Shown here: positions 52,601-62,589 of the stretch, piece by piece
Layout of the letters: each line of letters begins with the position of its first letter
Position numbering within the stretch: position 1 is the first letter of the stretch
DNA from: a plasmid
Length of the DNA: 64,000 bases
Assembly: GCF_054482595.1 (NCBI RefSeq)
Contig: NZ_JBTHVH010000001.1
Strand: one strand, 5' to 3'
Translations under genes and position numbers: made by a program
The notes under the pieces: model-generated
Database searches by the model: none
Told to the model about the DNA's origin: nothing
The model's input: the letters and a program-made list of their open reading frames with translations, nothing else

Positions 52601-54139
52601 CTTACCTTTGAAAGTCTGTTGAGAACTCCAGGTATTAGCTGTGCTCAACAGGGGGATCTTTTCGCCGCTGGTTCCGATTTCTCTTAAACCAAGGTATTGG
52701 ATAACAGCCAGTGTGCTTGTTTTAGCCAGGATATCGCGACCGACTGACGTTAAATCAGTCTGGGAAACAGTGTCTGTACCGGTAAAGTACGGCAATTTAT
52801 TTGCGCCTGTCGCAAGACCAGCAAGCGCGGTTAAAGTTGCATCCAGAGGCTGTTTGCCTGCCAGCGCATTTGTCATTGTTGTCGCAAAGTTCGGGTCATT
52901 GCCCAGTGCTGCTGCAAGCTCATTCAGGGTATCAAGAGCTTCAGGTGATGAGCCGACCAATGCAGAGATAGCAGCTCTTACATAAGCGGTCGTAGCAATC
53001 TGCGTGTTATTCGTACCCTGTGCAGCGGTAGGCGCAGTAGGTATTCCCGTTAATGCAGGACTTGCTAAAGGAGCTTTAAGAGCCAGAGCATTGTTGATAG
53101 TTGTGCTGAAATTCGGGTCGTTATTGATCGCAGCAGCTATTTCTTTAAGCGTATCCAGTGTGCCAGGTGCACCGTTGATAAGTGCCGTTACAGCTGCCTT
53201 AACAAAGGCTGTATTTGCGATCTGCGTGCTGTTTGTACCTTGCGCTGCCGTCGGCGCGGTTGGCGTTCCTGTCAGACTCGGGCTTTCTATTGGCGCTTTG
53301 GTATCAGCCAGCTCTTTTACAGACTTAACGGCTTTAGGGGTAGCCGCCATTGTTTCGCTGTCGCTGTTAGTTGCGCTACTGAGCTGAACTAATCCCTTTT
53401 GTGTTGTGCTTGCATCCTGCGCCGTATACTTGCTTTTAGCCAGATCGTAGGCTTTTTTAACCGCCAGCGAACTTGCAGCGACATCACTTCTGGTACTGGT
53501 TACAGAGTCGGAAATTTCAATGCCTATCGCGAGATCGATGCGGTCGGATACATCTATCATTTCCTTAGTAATAGCAGATACGCCAGCAGGGATATTCACC
53601 GTACAAACAAGCAGTTCCCCATCTCCTAACTGATATGAATCGGTATAGGTTCTGGCAACAAATTCAGCCGCATGAATATGTGACGCGGTATTAACCTGAT
53701 AAGAATCTTCTCCAAGGAGGTATCTTCCCTTCAGCACAATTGCATATTTCTTACCTGCGCTAAGTGCAAGAGAAATATCCTTACGCTGCTGAATAGTTAC
53801 CTGGTAGAATTCACCAATATTCACTGACGCCGCGCCAGCGGTTTTATCACCATCCACTGAGGTGATTAACAGGTTCATCCCACCGCCAGGCTTAGGAAAA
53901 AAACCGGCATAAAATCCAGGGTCAACAATTCCCCTGAATTTTCGGTTTAGCGCGGCTGACAGATATGGTTCGTGGTATTGCACATCAGCCACCAGAGCCA
54001 ACGACTCGGGTGATGGGTAAGTAACCGATGTGACAACTGTAACGTCATTCATCAAGCATATCCTTATGCTGTAGTCGTGTTTATGGCCATAACTGCGGTA
54101 TATGTTTTGCCCACATACAGCGAGTCTTCCTGGACACAA
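49625..54139 (-). CDS. tail fibre protein (S-like), repeat-rich shaft and Gly-rich C-terminal domain
   Basis: 1504 aa; ~38-aa repeats GNQSTTGNAATATKLQTARTIGGVSFDGSANIDLPGVN; followed by Tfa gene. Confidence 0.8.
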   Translation of the reverse strand: MCPGRLAVCGQNIYRSYGHKHDYSIRICLMNDVTVVTSVTYPSPESLALVADVQYHEPYLSAALNRKFRGIVDPGFYAGFFPKPGGGMNLLITSVDGDKTAGAASVNIGEFYQVTIQQRKDISLALSAGKKYAIVLKGRYLLGEDSYQVNTASHIHAAEFVARTYTDSYQLGDGELLVCTVNIPAGVSAITKEMIDVSDRIDLAIGIEISDSVTSTRSDVAASSLAVKKAYDLAKSKYTAQDASTTQKGLVQLSSATNSDSETMAATPKAVKSVKELADTKAPIESPSLTGTPTAPTAAQGTNSTQIANTAFVKAAVTALINGAPGTLDTLKEIAAAINNDPNFSTTINNALALKAPLASPALTGIPTAPTAAQGTNNTQIATTAYVRAAISALVGSSPEALDTLNELAAALGNDPNFATTMTNALAGKQPLDATLTALAGLATGANKLPYFTGTDTVSQTDLTSVGRDILAKTSTLAVIQYLGLREIGTSGEKIPLLSTANTWSSQQTFKGKTAFSAAATFSAGIAGAIEPEAIDGRAIDLNDLIIANTEAGSVKYYQCKTVAGGANITNKPDGVSGNFLVRVESIRKTTGSDYANMQTLINSDTKRIYVRFVVNGNWTAWSQVVVSGWGQDVSVKSLSAVALSGSLTGNASTATKLQTARTIGGVSFDGSANIDLPGVNKAGNQSTTGNAATATKLQTVRTIGGVSFDGSANIDLPGVNKAGNQSTTGNAATATKLQTARTINGVKFDGSANISIPTIASRGRVTALTDTTQGASTGLQMYEAYNNSYPTAYGNVLHMKGASAAGEGELLIGWSGTSGAHAPVFIRSRRDHTDAAWSAWAQVYTSRDSIPGVNATGNQNTTGNAATATKLQTARTIGGVSFDGTANINLPGVNVAGNQNTSGNAATATKLQTARTINGVLFDGSKNIELTPRSIGTINSTTMSFSGGTGWFKLATVTMPQSSSVVYISLIGGSGYNVNSPMQAGISELVLRAGNGNPKGLTGALWRRTSVGFTNFAWVNTSGDTYDVYVEIGNYTTRVNIQWDYTSNASVTIHTSPSYTANKPTGLTDGTVYVIYSSHIKPTATDVGALPITGGNLNGGLTATGEIISKSANGLRIAYGNYGFFIRNDGSNTYFMLTNSGNSLGTYNNLRPLIINNANGTVTIGNGLNVTGGINGSLNGNAATATKLQTVRTIGGVSFDGSANIDLPGVNKTGNQSTTGNAATATKLQTARTIGGVSFDGSANIDLPGVNKAGNQSTTGNAATATKLQTARTINGVKFDGSANITLTAANLGLSDSSGYVGRLVNTRVFTSSGTYTPTPGTKRIRVTITGGGGGGGGCQATSNNETFFGAGGGAGGTIISIMTPTQNSYPVTIGAGGGGGVGATNGLKGGDSSFGTVIAPGGEGGGKVGVTNTNGGNGGAPNTGDVRIIGGHGGDGQSGNISVSGEGGSSFWGGGGRAGAGGGVIGRAYGSGGGGAYDAGYSGTSMTGGKGAAGICIIEEFA
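50240..52200. repeat. three clusters of ~114-bp near-identical direct repeats inside the tail fibre gene
   Basis: gcattaccggtagtgctctgattacctgctttattcacgcccggcaggtcgatattggcactaccatc recurs around 50350, 50470, 51940, 52060, variant around 51420. Confidence 0.6.
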
Positions 54140-54498
54140 ATAATGGCGATTGGCTTGTTCTCGTTATCCAGAACAACCAGAGTGTTGAATGGGTAGTTTT
54201 TCCCTTTCTGCAACTGGCTTTGATCAAGGTCCATTCGGACAGTAATTATCCCGCCTGAGTAGGTTGGGACGAGGTTGATGGTGCAAAATTTACTGGTCAG
54301 TTCTGCCAGATCGAAAGCCTTTGGCAGTTCTCCAATCTCATAAGTGCCATCTCCTTTCTTAGTAACCAGTGAACTGGTACCGAAAACGGCCTTGCTGATT
54401 AAAAATCGAGAGCCTTTGTTAATGGACGATTCAGCGCGCCGCTGATAGTAATAGTCCAACAACTGACTCTTATAGAGGTTTGTTGAGACGTCAGACAT
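54064..54498 (-). CDS. tail fibre-associated structural protein (R-like)
   Basis: 144-aa ORF immediately upstream of tail fibre gene. Confidence 0.4.
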   Translation of the reverse strand: MSDVSTNLYKSQLLDYYYQRRAESSINKGSRFLISKAVFGTSSLVTKKGDGTYEIGELPKAFDLAELTSKFCTINLVPTYSGGIITVRMDLDQSQLQKGKNYPFNTLVVLDNENKPIAIICVQEDSLYVGKTYTAVMAINTTTA

Positions 54499-54576
54499 GA
54501 TTTTCCCTAATCAATGTTGTGAAGCCTCATTGTAAGAAAAGTAACTTGTCACCCCGCCCTGCGGACGGGGTGATTG

Positions 54577-55416
54577 TCAGGCGTCGCTATCCAGCAACAA
54601 ATCATCTGCGCGTGTGCGATCAAACGTAGGTGTCGCTTTCACAATAGTGCCACCAGGCGTTGCGGTGATCGGGGCGCTAATCGACGTAACTCCAGTAAGC
54701 GAAGTTGTATCCGAAGTTTCAAACCAGCAGTACGCTTTTTCGGTATCAGAAATCTCGTTCAAAGTGATCATGTCGGCCTGTTCATTCACAACAACCGACA
54801 AATAGAGCGTAAGCCCATCAAACACTATATGCAGTGGCAGTAGAGGCTTTACGAACTGATTAAACTTTCTGAGAATTTCTTCTGTAATTGCGGACTGATC
54901 TATCGTGCCAGTAATACCCATTGTCCGGGCCAGGTCGTTTATGGGAATACTGATCATCCCTCTGGAAGTCAGAAACATCTCACCGAATGTGCCGCCGGTA
55001 GTTTCCAGTGTGCTTTCTGGTATTAGAACTGTGCCATAGGGATGACGTTCAAGGTCCACCGGTGCATATATCGGATCCCATAAAACAGAAATACCATTAA
55101 ATTCGCGGTAAATTGTCTGGTTTATAGGGCGTTCAGTCCCCTTAAAGTGAATCTCATCAAGCCGCTGTTGTAACAACATCGGAACGGAAGATGAGTTTGA
55201 GGTTCTGATAGTAAAGAACTGGCCAAGTTCATTTGTCCTGGTCTCCAGATCCTCCTTGCTCATGGAAAAAATAGACTTCCGGTTGGTAATTCGCTCCAAC
55301 CATGGGTCAACAAAGGTGTCCATCATTGACTGAACCAAATCAGCCAATGATTTATAGAGCAATGACTTTTGCTTAGCTGATGTAAGCCGATTATTAAACC
55401 AGGAACGTTGCATCAC
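54577..55416 (-). CDS. baseplate protein
   Basis: 279-aa ORF in baseplate/tail-fibre cluster. Confidence 0.45.
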   Translation of the reverse strand: MMQRSWFNNRLTSAKQKSLLYKSLADLVQSMMDTFVDPWLERITNRKSIFSMSKEDLETRTNELGQFFTIRTSNSSSVPMLLQQRLDEIHFKGTERPINQTIYREFNGISVLWDPIYAPVDLERHPYGTVLIPESTLETTGGTFGEMFLTSRGMISIPINDLARTMGITGTIDQSAITEEILRKFNQFVKPLLPLHIVFDGLTLYLSVVVNEQADMITLNEISDTEKAYCWFETSDTTSLTGVTSISAPITATPGGTIVKATPTFDRTRADDLLLDSDA

Positions 55417-56846
55417 TCCTCCTCATACGAAATATTAAAGGTGGAGTTTTCTGTATCCAGATAAACGAAATCGTAAAAGCCGTTGGACTCATTCCACTCG
55501 ACAAATTCCAGATAAAAGTCGCGGAAATAACCCAGCGTTTCGATAAATGCCCAAACGTCTTTTTTCTTGATCAGGATGTACTTGCCGACACCGTTCGGAT
55601 CAAAGAAATTTGAGTCGCGCCCAAATTTTGTTTCCAGTGCCGACTTCAACTCATCAGTCACGTTCTCAATAGTCAGGCTTGCCGATATCCGCCCGGTGAT
55701 GGTTATCTTAAATGGTAGTTTTCTGACCTCTTTATAAGAGAATTTCTTGTTCAGTTCATTCGGTACCTTCTTAAAGGCAGTCAGGATCATTTCTTCAAGC
55801 TCTGACTGGCTTTTATTTGGATGCCATCCTGAAATAAATATCTTATTGATATTCTGAACATTATAAGCACCATCTAATTTCTCTTGCTGGCCTTCGCCCC
55901 ATGCCTTTACCCAGGACAGCCCCGGGATGTTACGAACCAGAAAATACGTATAGTCCCCGCCCCATACGACCTGATCATCATAGGCAAGGTAATATTGTGC
56001 ACGGTTACGTGTGATCTCCGTTGTTTCAGCATCGGTACCTGCGGTTATAGGTGTCGTTGTCTTAACTGAAATCAAATTAGCTAAATTAGCCGCAGAATCG
56101 ACAGGCGTCAGGTTTTGGCCAGCAACCAGGGTTATATCGCCGTTGGTGCACCATACCTTAAGCGTAATTGTCGAACCTTCTGGCGGTATTTGCCCAATTA
56201 GCCCATCGCCGAATCGAACCCCCAACTGCTCGGATGGTTTATAAAACTCAACGTAGACCTGGCTTTTACTACCGGCTAACCGGAACATAGTGCTGGAAGA
56301 CCACTGCGTGGTCTTACCATCGGTCGTCACGAATACTTCCAGCTTATAGCAGACAGCAGTAAGAGCCTTTGATAACACGACTTCCAGAAATTCTTTGGCT
56401 GCCGTAACGGTATATGTCACCTCCTGGATTTCCAACTGTGCCACTTCTACCGTACCGGTGCCGTCAACCAACCTGCATACATCCATAGTCATGTAAGGGT
56501 ACTGGTCGTCAGATATTAAAGGCATGTTTTTGGGGATTACCGCTGGGGCATCTTCACTTGTGGCGGTGATCTCAATCATCCCCGATGACGGTGTTGGCTT
56601 GGTACCAACGTAACTATTCGTTTCTGCCGCTGCCAGGATAGAGGAACGCCGCGTCGCGGTCGATATAAAGCCTTCAGCCAGCGCCGCATCGGCATACTGA
56701 AAGCACCTGTAGACAATCTGGGTAATAAACAATGTCAGCATCGAGACAAATTGAGAGCCGACAAACTTCGACCAGAATGAATCTTTCTCGACAAGCTCTT
56801 CAAACTCTGCACGAATACTGTCTTTAGTCGGTGTTGTTTTACTCAT
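55413..56846 (-). CDS. baseplate J-like protein
   Basis: 477-aa ORF; size and position typical of baseplate J family. Confidence 0.5.
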   Translation of the reverse strand: MSKTTPTKDSIRAEFEELVEKDSFWSKFVGSQFVSMLTLFITQIVYRCFQYADAALAEGFISTATRRSSILAAAETNSYVGTKPTPSSGMIEITATSEDAPAVIPKNMPLISDDQYPYMTMDVCRLVDGTGTVEVAQLEIQEVTYTVTAAKEFLEVVLSKALTAVCYKLEVFVTTDGKTTQWSSSTMFRLAGSKSQVYVEFYKPSEQLGVRFGDGLIGQIPPEGSTITLKVWCTNGDITLVAGQNLTPVDSAANLANLISVKTTTPITAGTDAETTEITRNRAQYYLAYDDQVVWGGDYTYFLVRNIPGLSWVKAWGEGQQEKLDGAYNVQNINKIFISGWHPNKSQSELEEMILTAFKKVPNELNKKFSYKEVRKLPFKITITGRISASLTIENVTDELKSALETKFGRDSNFFDPNGVGKYILIKKKDVWAFIETLGYFRDFYLEFVEWNESNGFYDFVYLDTENSTFNISYEEE

Positions 56847-57202
56847 AGCACCACGTCCTGTGTGATAGTTATATCCCTGATACGAATGGATATTTTCAAC
56901 TTATCAAAAGCATCTCCCTCGGCTACTGACAAGCCAGAAATCGGTATGTCAGGTAAATCTACCGTCAGTTTTTGCAACAGCATTGCCTCAACCGCAATTT
57001 GAACATGCGACAAGTTGGTCGGTTCGTGTTTAAACTGCGGTAAAACATTGCCCCATGACGGATCTCCGTATACCTCACCCTGATAAGTGTTTAGCCACTC
57101 ATATAAACGAGCGCCCCAGGCCTCCTCCTGGGACTCATACGTTTTTACGCCGGATAACTCCAGCGTCAGCAAAGGATCAATTTCGTTATTGTTGGCCATC
57201 AA
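56843..57202 (-). CDS. baseplate wedge (gp25/W-like) protein
   Basis: 119-aa ORF between sit and baseplate J-like gene. Confidence 0.4.
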   Translation of the reverse strand: MMANNNEIDPLLTLELSGVKTYESQEEAWGARLYEWLNTYQGEVYGDPSWGNVLPQFKHEPTNLSHVQIAVEAMLLQKLTVDLPDIPISGLSVAEGDAFDKLKISIRIRDITITQDVVL

Positions 57203-60200
57203 TCAACTCTCGCGTAGTCATTCATCAACGGATCATCAATTGACAGTGGTACCGTGCGCATAACGCCCGGCTGAGGCGTGCTGACCTTTACGACAGTTCC
57301 CTGGCCTTTCGCCGAGTCTTTGGTGTGCTCTTCAATCCTGGCAAGCAATGAGGTCATCTGCGCAAACAGCCGCTTCGTTTCACCATCAAGTGAAACGGTA
57401 TTATCAGCCAACTGCATTGTCGGCTTGGCACCGGAACCGCCAAGGTCACTAATAACCTGCCCGTCTATCTGCATACGACCGGTTGGTTGCTGCAAATCGT
57501 TGGCGGCAGTCGTCACCTTGGACGTGGAGGCTGGTTCAGGCGCATTATTTTTCCGCATCCCCGGCGAGTTGCGGAGTTTATCGAATAGTCCATCAATCCC
57601 CATTTGTGCGCCGAGTTGGTCAAAGTAACTTGAGTTGCTGGCCACCGGACGCGCCTCTTCAACTGGCATCGGAATATCAACATACACATTGCCAGCTGCT
57701 GTTGCGGTCCCCTTCCCTCGTGCACGTTCTTCGAGCGTTCCCTGAACGACTTCCCGACGCATACCCCGGCCATTCATGAATTTGTTGACCAGATCGTTAA
57801 CGCCAACAGCATTGCCGATTTTGTCTACCAGACCGCCTTTCTCAAACGGGCTATCACCAGGGGTAAACGCCAGGCCAGTAGACTGATCGATAACAGCGTT
57901 ATCAGGCAGTGGTCCCCTCACTCCATATTGCGCCCCACCCTGTGCTCCTGCTCCAGGTGTATAGATTTCACCACCTAAATAGCGAGCACGATGAGTATTG
58001 ACCTTGATCGCGTACTCACGGTTTTCTTTCGATAAGTCACCTGTGCCTTTTTTCCACTTATTGATAGTGCCAAACCCAGCGTTATATGCAGTGATGGCCT
58101 CGTTTAAGTCTCCATTGGCTTGCTTCAGATACTTGCTCATGAGAAGAGCCGCAGCTTCTGCCGATTTCACAGGATCAAACGATTCACCTTCAGCTAAGCC
58201 AGTCTCTTCACGAGCAATCCCCGTGAACTGAAACATTCCCAGAGCACCGGTTTGGGATTTTGCATACGGATTACCACCAGATTCAGTTGCAGCAATCGCG
58301 TAAAGAGTGCCTTCTGGAAGACCATATTTATTCTCTAGTTCAGCAAAATACGGAGCCAACTTATCGAGATTTGCCTTACCTTCAGATCCAAGACTTCCGA
58401 CTTTTACATCCAAGCGGCCATTGTTGTAGGTATCCGCAGCTTTCTGAATGTCACTCCTGGTGCCAGTGGTATTAAGCGACGATGATGACGAGCTATTTTG
58501 ACCAATAGCTTTATCAATTTTCTGCAACGCGCTATTGCCCGTTTCTACGGCATTTGCATTGATAATCTGATTCGCAGTTTCTTTAACTGTTTTATTGCTA
58601 TCTTTCGCCGTGTCCAGTGCCGCATTTATCACGCGGGTAACAATATTAGTCTGTTTGGCATCGGATTCAGTTTTAGAATCAGATGTCTCCTGGTGGCTAT
58701 TAACCGGAGCTTTTAACTCTGGAGTGATTTCTTTGGCATTAGCCTCGCTATTAACCGGAGCTTTTAACTGTGGAGCGATTTCTTTCGCATTAGCCTCGCT
58801 ATTAACCGGAGCTTTTAACTCTGGAGTGATTTCTTTCGCATTAGCCTCGCCGATCGGATTGGGTATTTTTGATACAATCATTGCCGCAGGGGTATTTTTA
58901 ACGGCATCAACCGCTGCATCTAATGCTTTACCAGGTAAATTTTTAACCCCATCCCAAATATTACCAGCCGCCTCTTTAATGTGTTTCCCTGGGTTCTTAA
59001 TGAAATCAATTGCACTATCAATTGCATCACTGAAAACCTGTTTCAGGTTATCAACAGTAAAGAAGTCTTTGATGGCATCCAGCTTTTCAAGCAGCTTATT
59101 AGATGTATCGCTAAACCATGCTGAAACAGCATCACCAATCTTTGCTGTGTAATCTTCGAACTTGGTAGAAATGGTGTCGCCAAGGTTAGAAATATATGTT
59201 TCTAAGTTGGTAATCCCACTATCAATGGCCTGGGCAATACTTTCCGTCGAAAATGATTGCAACATATTGCCGATATCCTCAAATCCAAGTGATTTGAGAA
59301 CCTCACCAATGGCGCTGCTAATACCAGATACCAGTCCCCCCATATCAAGAACATTGGCTAACGTATAAGCGGCTTTTTGCTGGAATGATGGATCTTGTCC
59401 TGATTTAAGCCCAAACGCTCGACGTTGCGCTTCTGTATCATTCCAACCGGTTACCGCATCATAAATACCTCCAGCCACTGTGCCGACTAAGGGAATTGCG
59501 CGTAACGCCCCTTTACCAACTGCCTTTAATCCAAGTTTACCTGCTGCCCGGGCAGCCAAATCTCCACCTTCATGGGCGATAGTCTTCTTGCCACCACCGC
59601 GTAGCATTCCTACAAGTTTCTTTGCCCCCAGAGCGCCAAAAGCGAGTGCTCCAGCTTTTTTCAGCATGCCACGCCCCATTAACAACGACGCGACGCCACC
59701 GGCCCCCTTCCCTAACAGGCTAAATAGTTTGGACAGCAAGCCGCCCTTCTTTTTCCCGGTGTTTTTGGCTATCTGATCAAGGGCGCTGAGAATCTTGTCA
59801 TTGCCCTCTTTAATTTCGCTGGTCTGCTCCTGAAGTTCCTGAACTGTCCGTTTTTGGGTGTTAACCTGAACGACATCGGCACTATTTTGCGATTTACGCC
59901 TAAAAAAACCTTTTCTACGGCTGTTATCGTCATTGCCACGAATCACATCGGCAATAGACTTTCTGGCACCATTAAGCGATCCACCAACTTCTTTTGATAT
60001 CCCGCCAAGCTCCTTCCCTGCTGCCCACAATGGACCAGCAACGGCATAACCTAACGCATCAACGGCACGAGTCTCTGAAGGGTTACCTATGCCTTCAGCT
60101 ACTTTTGACAGTTTTTTTAATAAACCTGATTCAGCATTTAGACGCTCATCATCCTCTTTACGCCTGGCCTTTTCAGCACGTTCAGCACGGGCATCTTCCG

Positions 60201-60990
60201 CTGCGGCCTTACTCCCTGACTTTCCAATAAAACGACCACGCGCATCGCGTTGGTTTTGGCTTTTTTGCGCACCGCCTTTTTGATCGAACATTTCGCGAGC
60301 GTGTTCGGCTGCTTCGGTCCGTTGTGCCTTTATATCCTCTGGTATAGCCTTCCTGCGTCGTTTTTTACCCTTTGGTGTAGTTGATTTGGCCTGCTGTTCC
60401 TGTTGAGCAATGCCCTCCTGAACTACACGAGAAACGTCCCCTAAATTAAGCCGTTTCATTGCGTCAACAATAGGGTCTACTGATGGCGCATTGGCCACAA
60501 AGTCTGGCCGGGAATTTTCGATTGTTCGATTTAATGCCGACACACTGCGAGATACTGGGTCAACCGTTGCAACGCGTTCCCCTTTCAAATCACGAGCGAG
60601 TTTAACCGTTTCTAACCGCTGTGCTTTAACATCCTCTGTTATTGCCTCTCTTCGTCTATTTGGGGGATTGTGCGCTGTTGGTGCAGCCTGCTGTGCACGG
60701 TTAGTGACTTTGTCCTCCCGTATACGAGAAACGTCCCCTAAATTAAGCCGTTTTATTGCGTCAACAATAGGGTCCACTGATGGCGCATTGGTCACAAAGT
60801 CAGGACGTGAATTTTCGATTGTGCGATTTAATGCCGACACACTGCGAGAGACAGGATCAACAGTTGCAACTCGTTCCCCTTTCAAATCTTCAACAGCTTC
60901 CCGAATACCTGCAAGCTCTTCCAGCTCTTTCGCGCTGGCGGTTTCAACTGTCCTTATAACATCGTCAATATTGGCGTTTTTTCTTTCCAT
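57199..60990 (-). CDS. sit: injection transglycosylase / tape-measure-like protein with SLT domain
   Basis: 1263 aa; lytic transglycosylase motif YAIAATESGGNPYAKSQTGALGMFQFT; internal tandem repeats. Confidence 0.7.
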   Translation of the reverse strand: MERKNANIDDVIRTVETASAKELEELAGIREAVEDLKGERVATVDPVSRSVSALNRTIENSRPDFVTNAPSVDPIVDAIKRLNLGDVSRIREDKVTNRAQQAAPTAHNPPNRRREAITEDVKAQRLETVKLARDLKGERVATVDPVSRSVSALNRTIENSRPDFVANAPSVDPIVDAMKRLNLGDVSRVVQEGIAQQEQQAKSTTPKGKKRRRKAIPEDIKAQRTEAAEHAREMFDQKGGAQKSQNQRDARGRFIGKSGSKAAAEDARAERAEKARRKEDDERLNAESGLLKKLSKVAEGIGNPSETRAVDALGYAVAGPLWAAGKELGGISKEVGGSLNGARKSIADVIRGNDDNSRRKGFFRRKSQNSADVVQVNTQKRTVQELQEQTSEIKEGNDKILSALDQIAKNTGKKKGGLLSKLFSLLGKGAGGVASLLMGRGMLKKAGALAFGALGAKKLVGMLRGGGKKTIAHEGGDLAARAAGKLGLKAVGKGALRAIPLVGTVAGGIYDAVTGWNDTEAQRRAFGLKSGQDPSFQQKAAYTLANVLDMGGLVSGISSAIGEVLKSLGFEDIGNMLQSFSTESIAQAIDSGITNLETYISNLGDTISTKFEDYTAKIGDAVSAWFSDTSNKLLEKLDAIKDFFTVDNLKQVFSDAIDSAIDFIKNPGKHIKEAAGNIWDGVKNLPGKALDAAVDAVKNTPAAMIVSKIPNPIGEANAKEITPELKAPVNSEANAKEIAPQLKAPVNSEANAKEITPELKAPVNSHQETSDSKTESDAKQTNIVTRVINAALDTAKDSNKTVKETANQIINANAVETGNSALQKIDKAIGQNSSSSSSLNTTGTRSDIQKAADTYNNGRLDVKVGSLGSEGKANLDKLAPYFAELENKYGLPEGTLYAIAATESGGNPYAKSQTGALGMFQFTGIAREETGLAEGESFDPVKSAEAAALLMSKYLKQANGDLNEAITAYNAGFGTINKWKKGTGDLSKENREYAIKVNTHRARYLGGEIYTPGAGAQGGAQYGVRGPLPDNAVIDQSTGLAFTPGDSPFEKGGLVDKIGNAVGVNDLVNKFMNGRGMRREVVQGTLEERARGKGTATAAGNVYVDIPMPVEEARPVASNSSYFDQLGAQMGIDGLFDKLRNSPGMRKNNAPEPASTSKVTTAANDLQQPTGRMQIDGQVISDLGGSGAKPTMQLADNTVSLDGETKRLFAQMTSLLARIEEHTKDSAKGQGTVVKVSTPQPGVMRTVPLSIDDPLMNDYARVD

Positions 60991-61071
60991 GATCTTATCG
61001 CCTACCGTTTCGGTTTAAGTTTTTCTTCCAGTTTCTCCAACAGGAAAAACGCATAGGATTCAGTAAGCCTT

Positions 61072-61953
61072 TCAGCGTCCTGAATCGGTATACCCCCATA
61101 CAAAACCAGGTTGGACACTAAGGTCTGATAGCTTTTCAATCCCCACCTGTGGAATGAAGTCGGTAGCCCGAAAGGGCACCCACAGACGGGTATATGCACC
61201 CTCTGTGGACTCCTTTTTATCCTGATTTGGGCATTTATGCGGCGGGAGACGAAGACGCATTTCACCTTTATCGATGTAGCACGGTAAACCATGTTCGAGC
61301 TTTTCATGAGCCAGTCGGATGTGTGCCGCCAGCTTCATAAATTCAGTATCAATGGCCATCCGTTTAATCGTTTCATAACGACGCTCAGCCTGATCTTCAC
61401 GAGTACCGCTAACATCGTTATAAAGCTCACACTGATAAGCGAATTCCCAAAAACGCAAATCAACGATCGCTTCTTTGAATTCCGCGTCGTCTTCAGCTGG
61501 CAATGCTGCACGGCGCATCTCCAGCATTTCCATTGCCCAACCATCAAGCGGCACGATACGCCATTGATAAGGTACTCCCTCTACAGACACCTCAATATCG
61601 TCAATGAAAGGTTCCACTTCCAGGACCTGGATATCTTCAGCCAGAGCATTCATATCGCAATCGTAATAATGCTCTTTACCGCAATGTTTACAGGTGTAGG
61701 TGAATGTCTCGACCGGTGTTTCACGGGAGCCGGTAAATATCCACCATAACGCGGTAATCCGGTCCTGCGCCGTCCATGTCAGGGGATCATGTTTCGCGGG
61801 TTCAGCCAGCAAGGCTTTTAAATACGCCGTTGTCTGTTGTTCTTGTTCCTCCGGTGTTATCGAGTTGAAACGCATCGCATCAGCAATATTTGGCTGACGG
61901 AACTGGATCAATTCAGTTGGCCGCGATGGTAGCGGGAAAAGGGGTAAAAGCAT
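61072..61953 (-). CDS. hypothetical tail-module protein (293 aa), full-length copy
   Basis: ORF downstream of tail-tube-like gene. Confidence 0.5.
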   Translation of the reverse strand: MLLPLFPLPSRPTELIQFRQPNIADAMRFNSITPEEQEQQTTAYLKALLAEPAKHDPLTWTAQDRITALWWIFTGSRETPVETFTYTCKHCGKEHYYDCDMNALAEDIQVLEVEPFIDDIEVSVEGVPYQWRIVPLDGWAMEMLEMRRAALPAEDDAEFKEAIVDLRFWEFAYQCELYNDVSGTREDQAERRYETIKRMAIDTEFMKLAAHIRLAHEKLEHGLPCYIDKGEMRLRLPPHKCPNQDKKESTEGAYTRLWVPFRATDFIPQVGIEKLSDLSVQPGFVWGYTDSGR

Positions 61954-61967
61954 CCTTGCTCCTTAAT

Positions 61968-62579
61968 TCAAAGAGAAAAACTAAAGCCCAGAAGGGAAGC
62001 CAAAGAACTTGAGGATTGGTTAAACGTGCTGTGCAATGCGAAGGTCATTGGGAATGACTTAAATTCCGTAACCTGATCCCGCGCATAGGTGACATCGCCG
62101 GTAGTGACCGGGAATACCGTCATCTCATTTTCCAGTTTGGTTAAGCCGGAAGACAGCAACCGATAAATACGCACATTGAGCAAATATTTAGACGGTATAT
62201 TCCCGGTACCGTCCGGATTGATCACCCGACTTTTTGCCGTCTTAAACCAGTCTAAAACGAGGCCATCAACGGTATCCCTGACCATCATTGTTATCTGCCC
62301 AGGCGAACGCTCCGTTGGTTGAAGGATATTCCCTCCGCCGATTTTAATCGTTTCATATTCGATGCTGTAATCGTGGTAGGTAATGTCTTTGGCAAAGAAG
62401 TCTGCCCCCTCCAGTCCATCAACTTCGACAGAGAACTGCCATCCTTGCGCGAACAGCATTTTGTTCATGATGATTGACGTCAGCTTACCAACTTCCCGCT
62501 CACCAACGCCGGAGCCAAATAATGTCGTCGTTAATGCCGAAGATACATAAGACTTTACTGAAGCAACATTAAGCCCCAT
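61968..62579 (-). CDS. tail tube-like protein (203 aa), copy 1
   Basis: ORF with GAGGGGG SD. Confidence 0.5.
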   Translation of the reverse strand: MGLNVASVKSYVSSALTTTLFGSGVGEREVGKLTSIIMNKMLFAQGWQFSVEVDGLEGADFFAKDITYHDYSIEYETIKIGGGNILQPTERSPGQITMMVRDTVDGLVLDWFKTAKSRVINPDGTGNIPSKYLLNVRIYRLLSSGLTKLENEMTVFPVTTGDVTYARDQVTEFKSFPMTFALHSTFNQSSSSLASLLGFSFSL

Positions 62580-62589
62580 ATCAGCCCCC

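Noticed and set aside
50106-53629. Plus-strand ORFs inside the tail fibre gene (for example 50106..50372, 52641..52985, 53004..53387)
   Set aside because: Antisense to a long, repeat-rich Gly/Ala/Thr coding region; recur because the DNA repeats.
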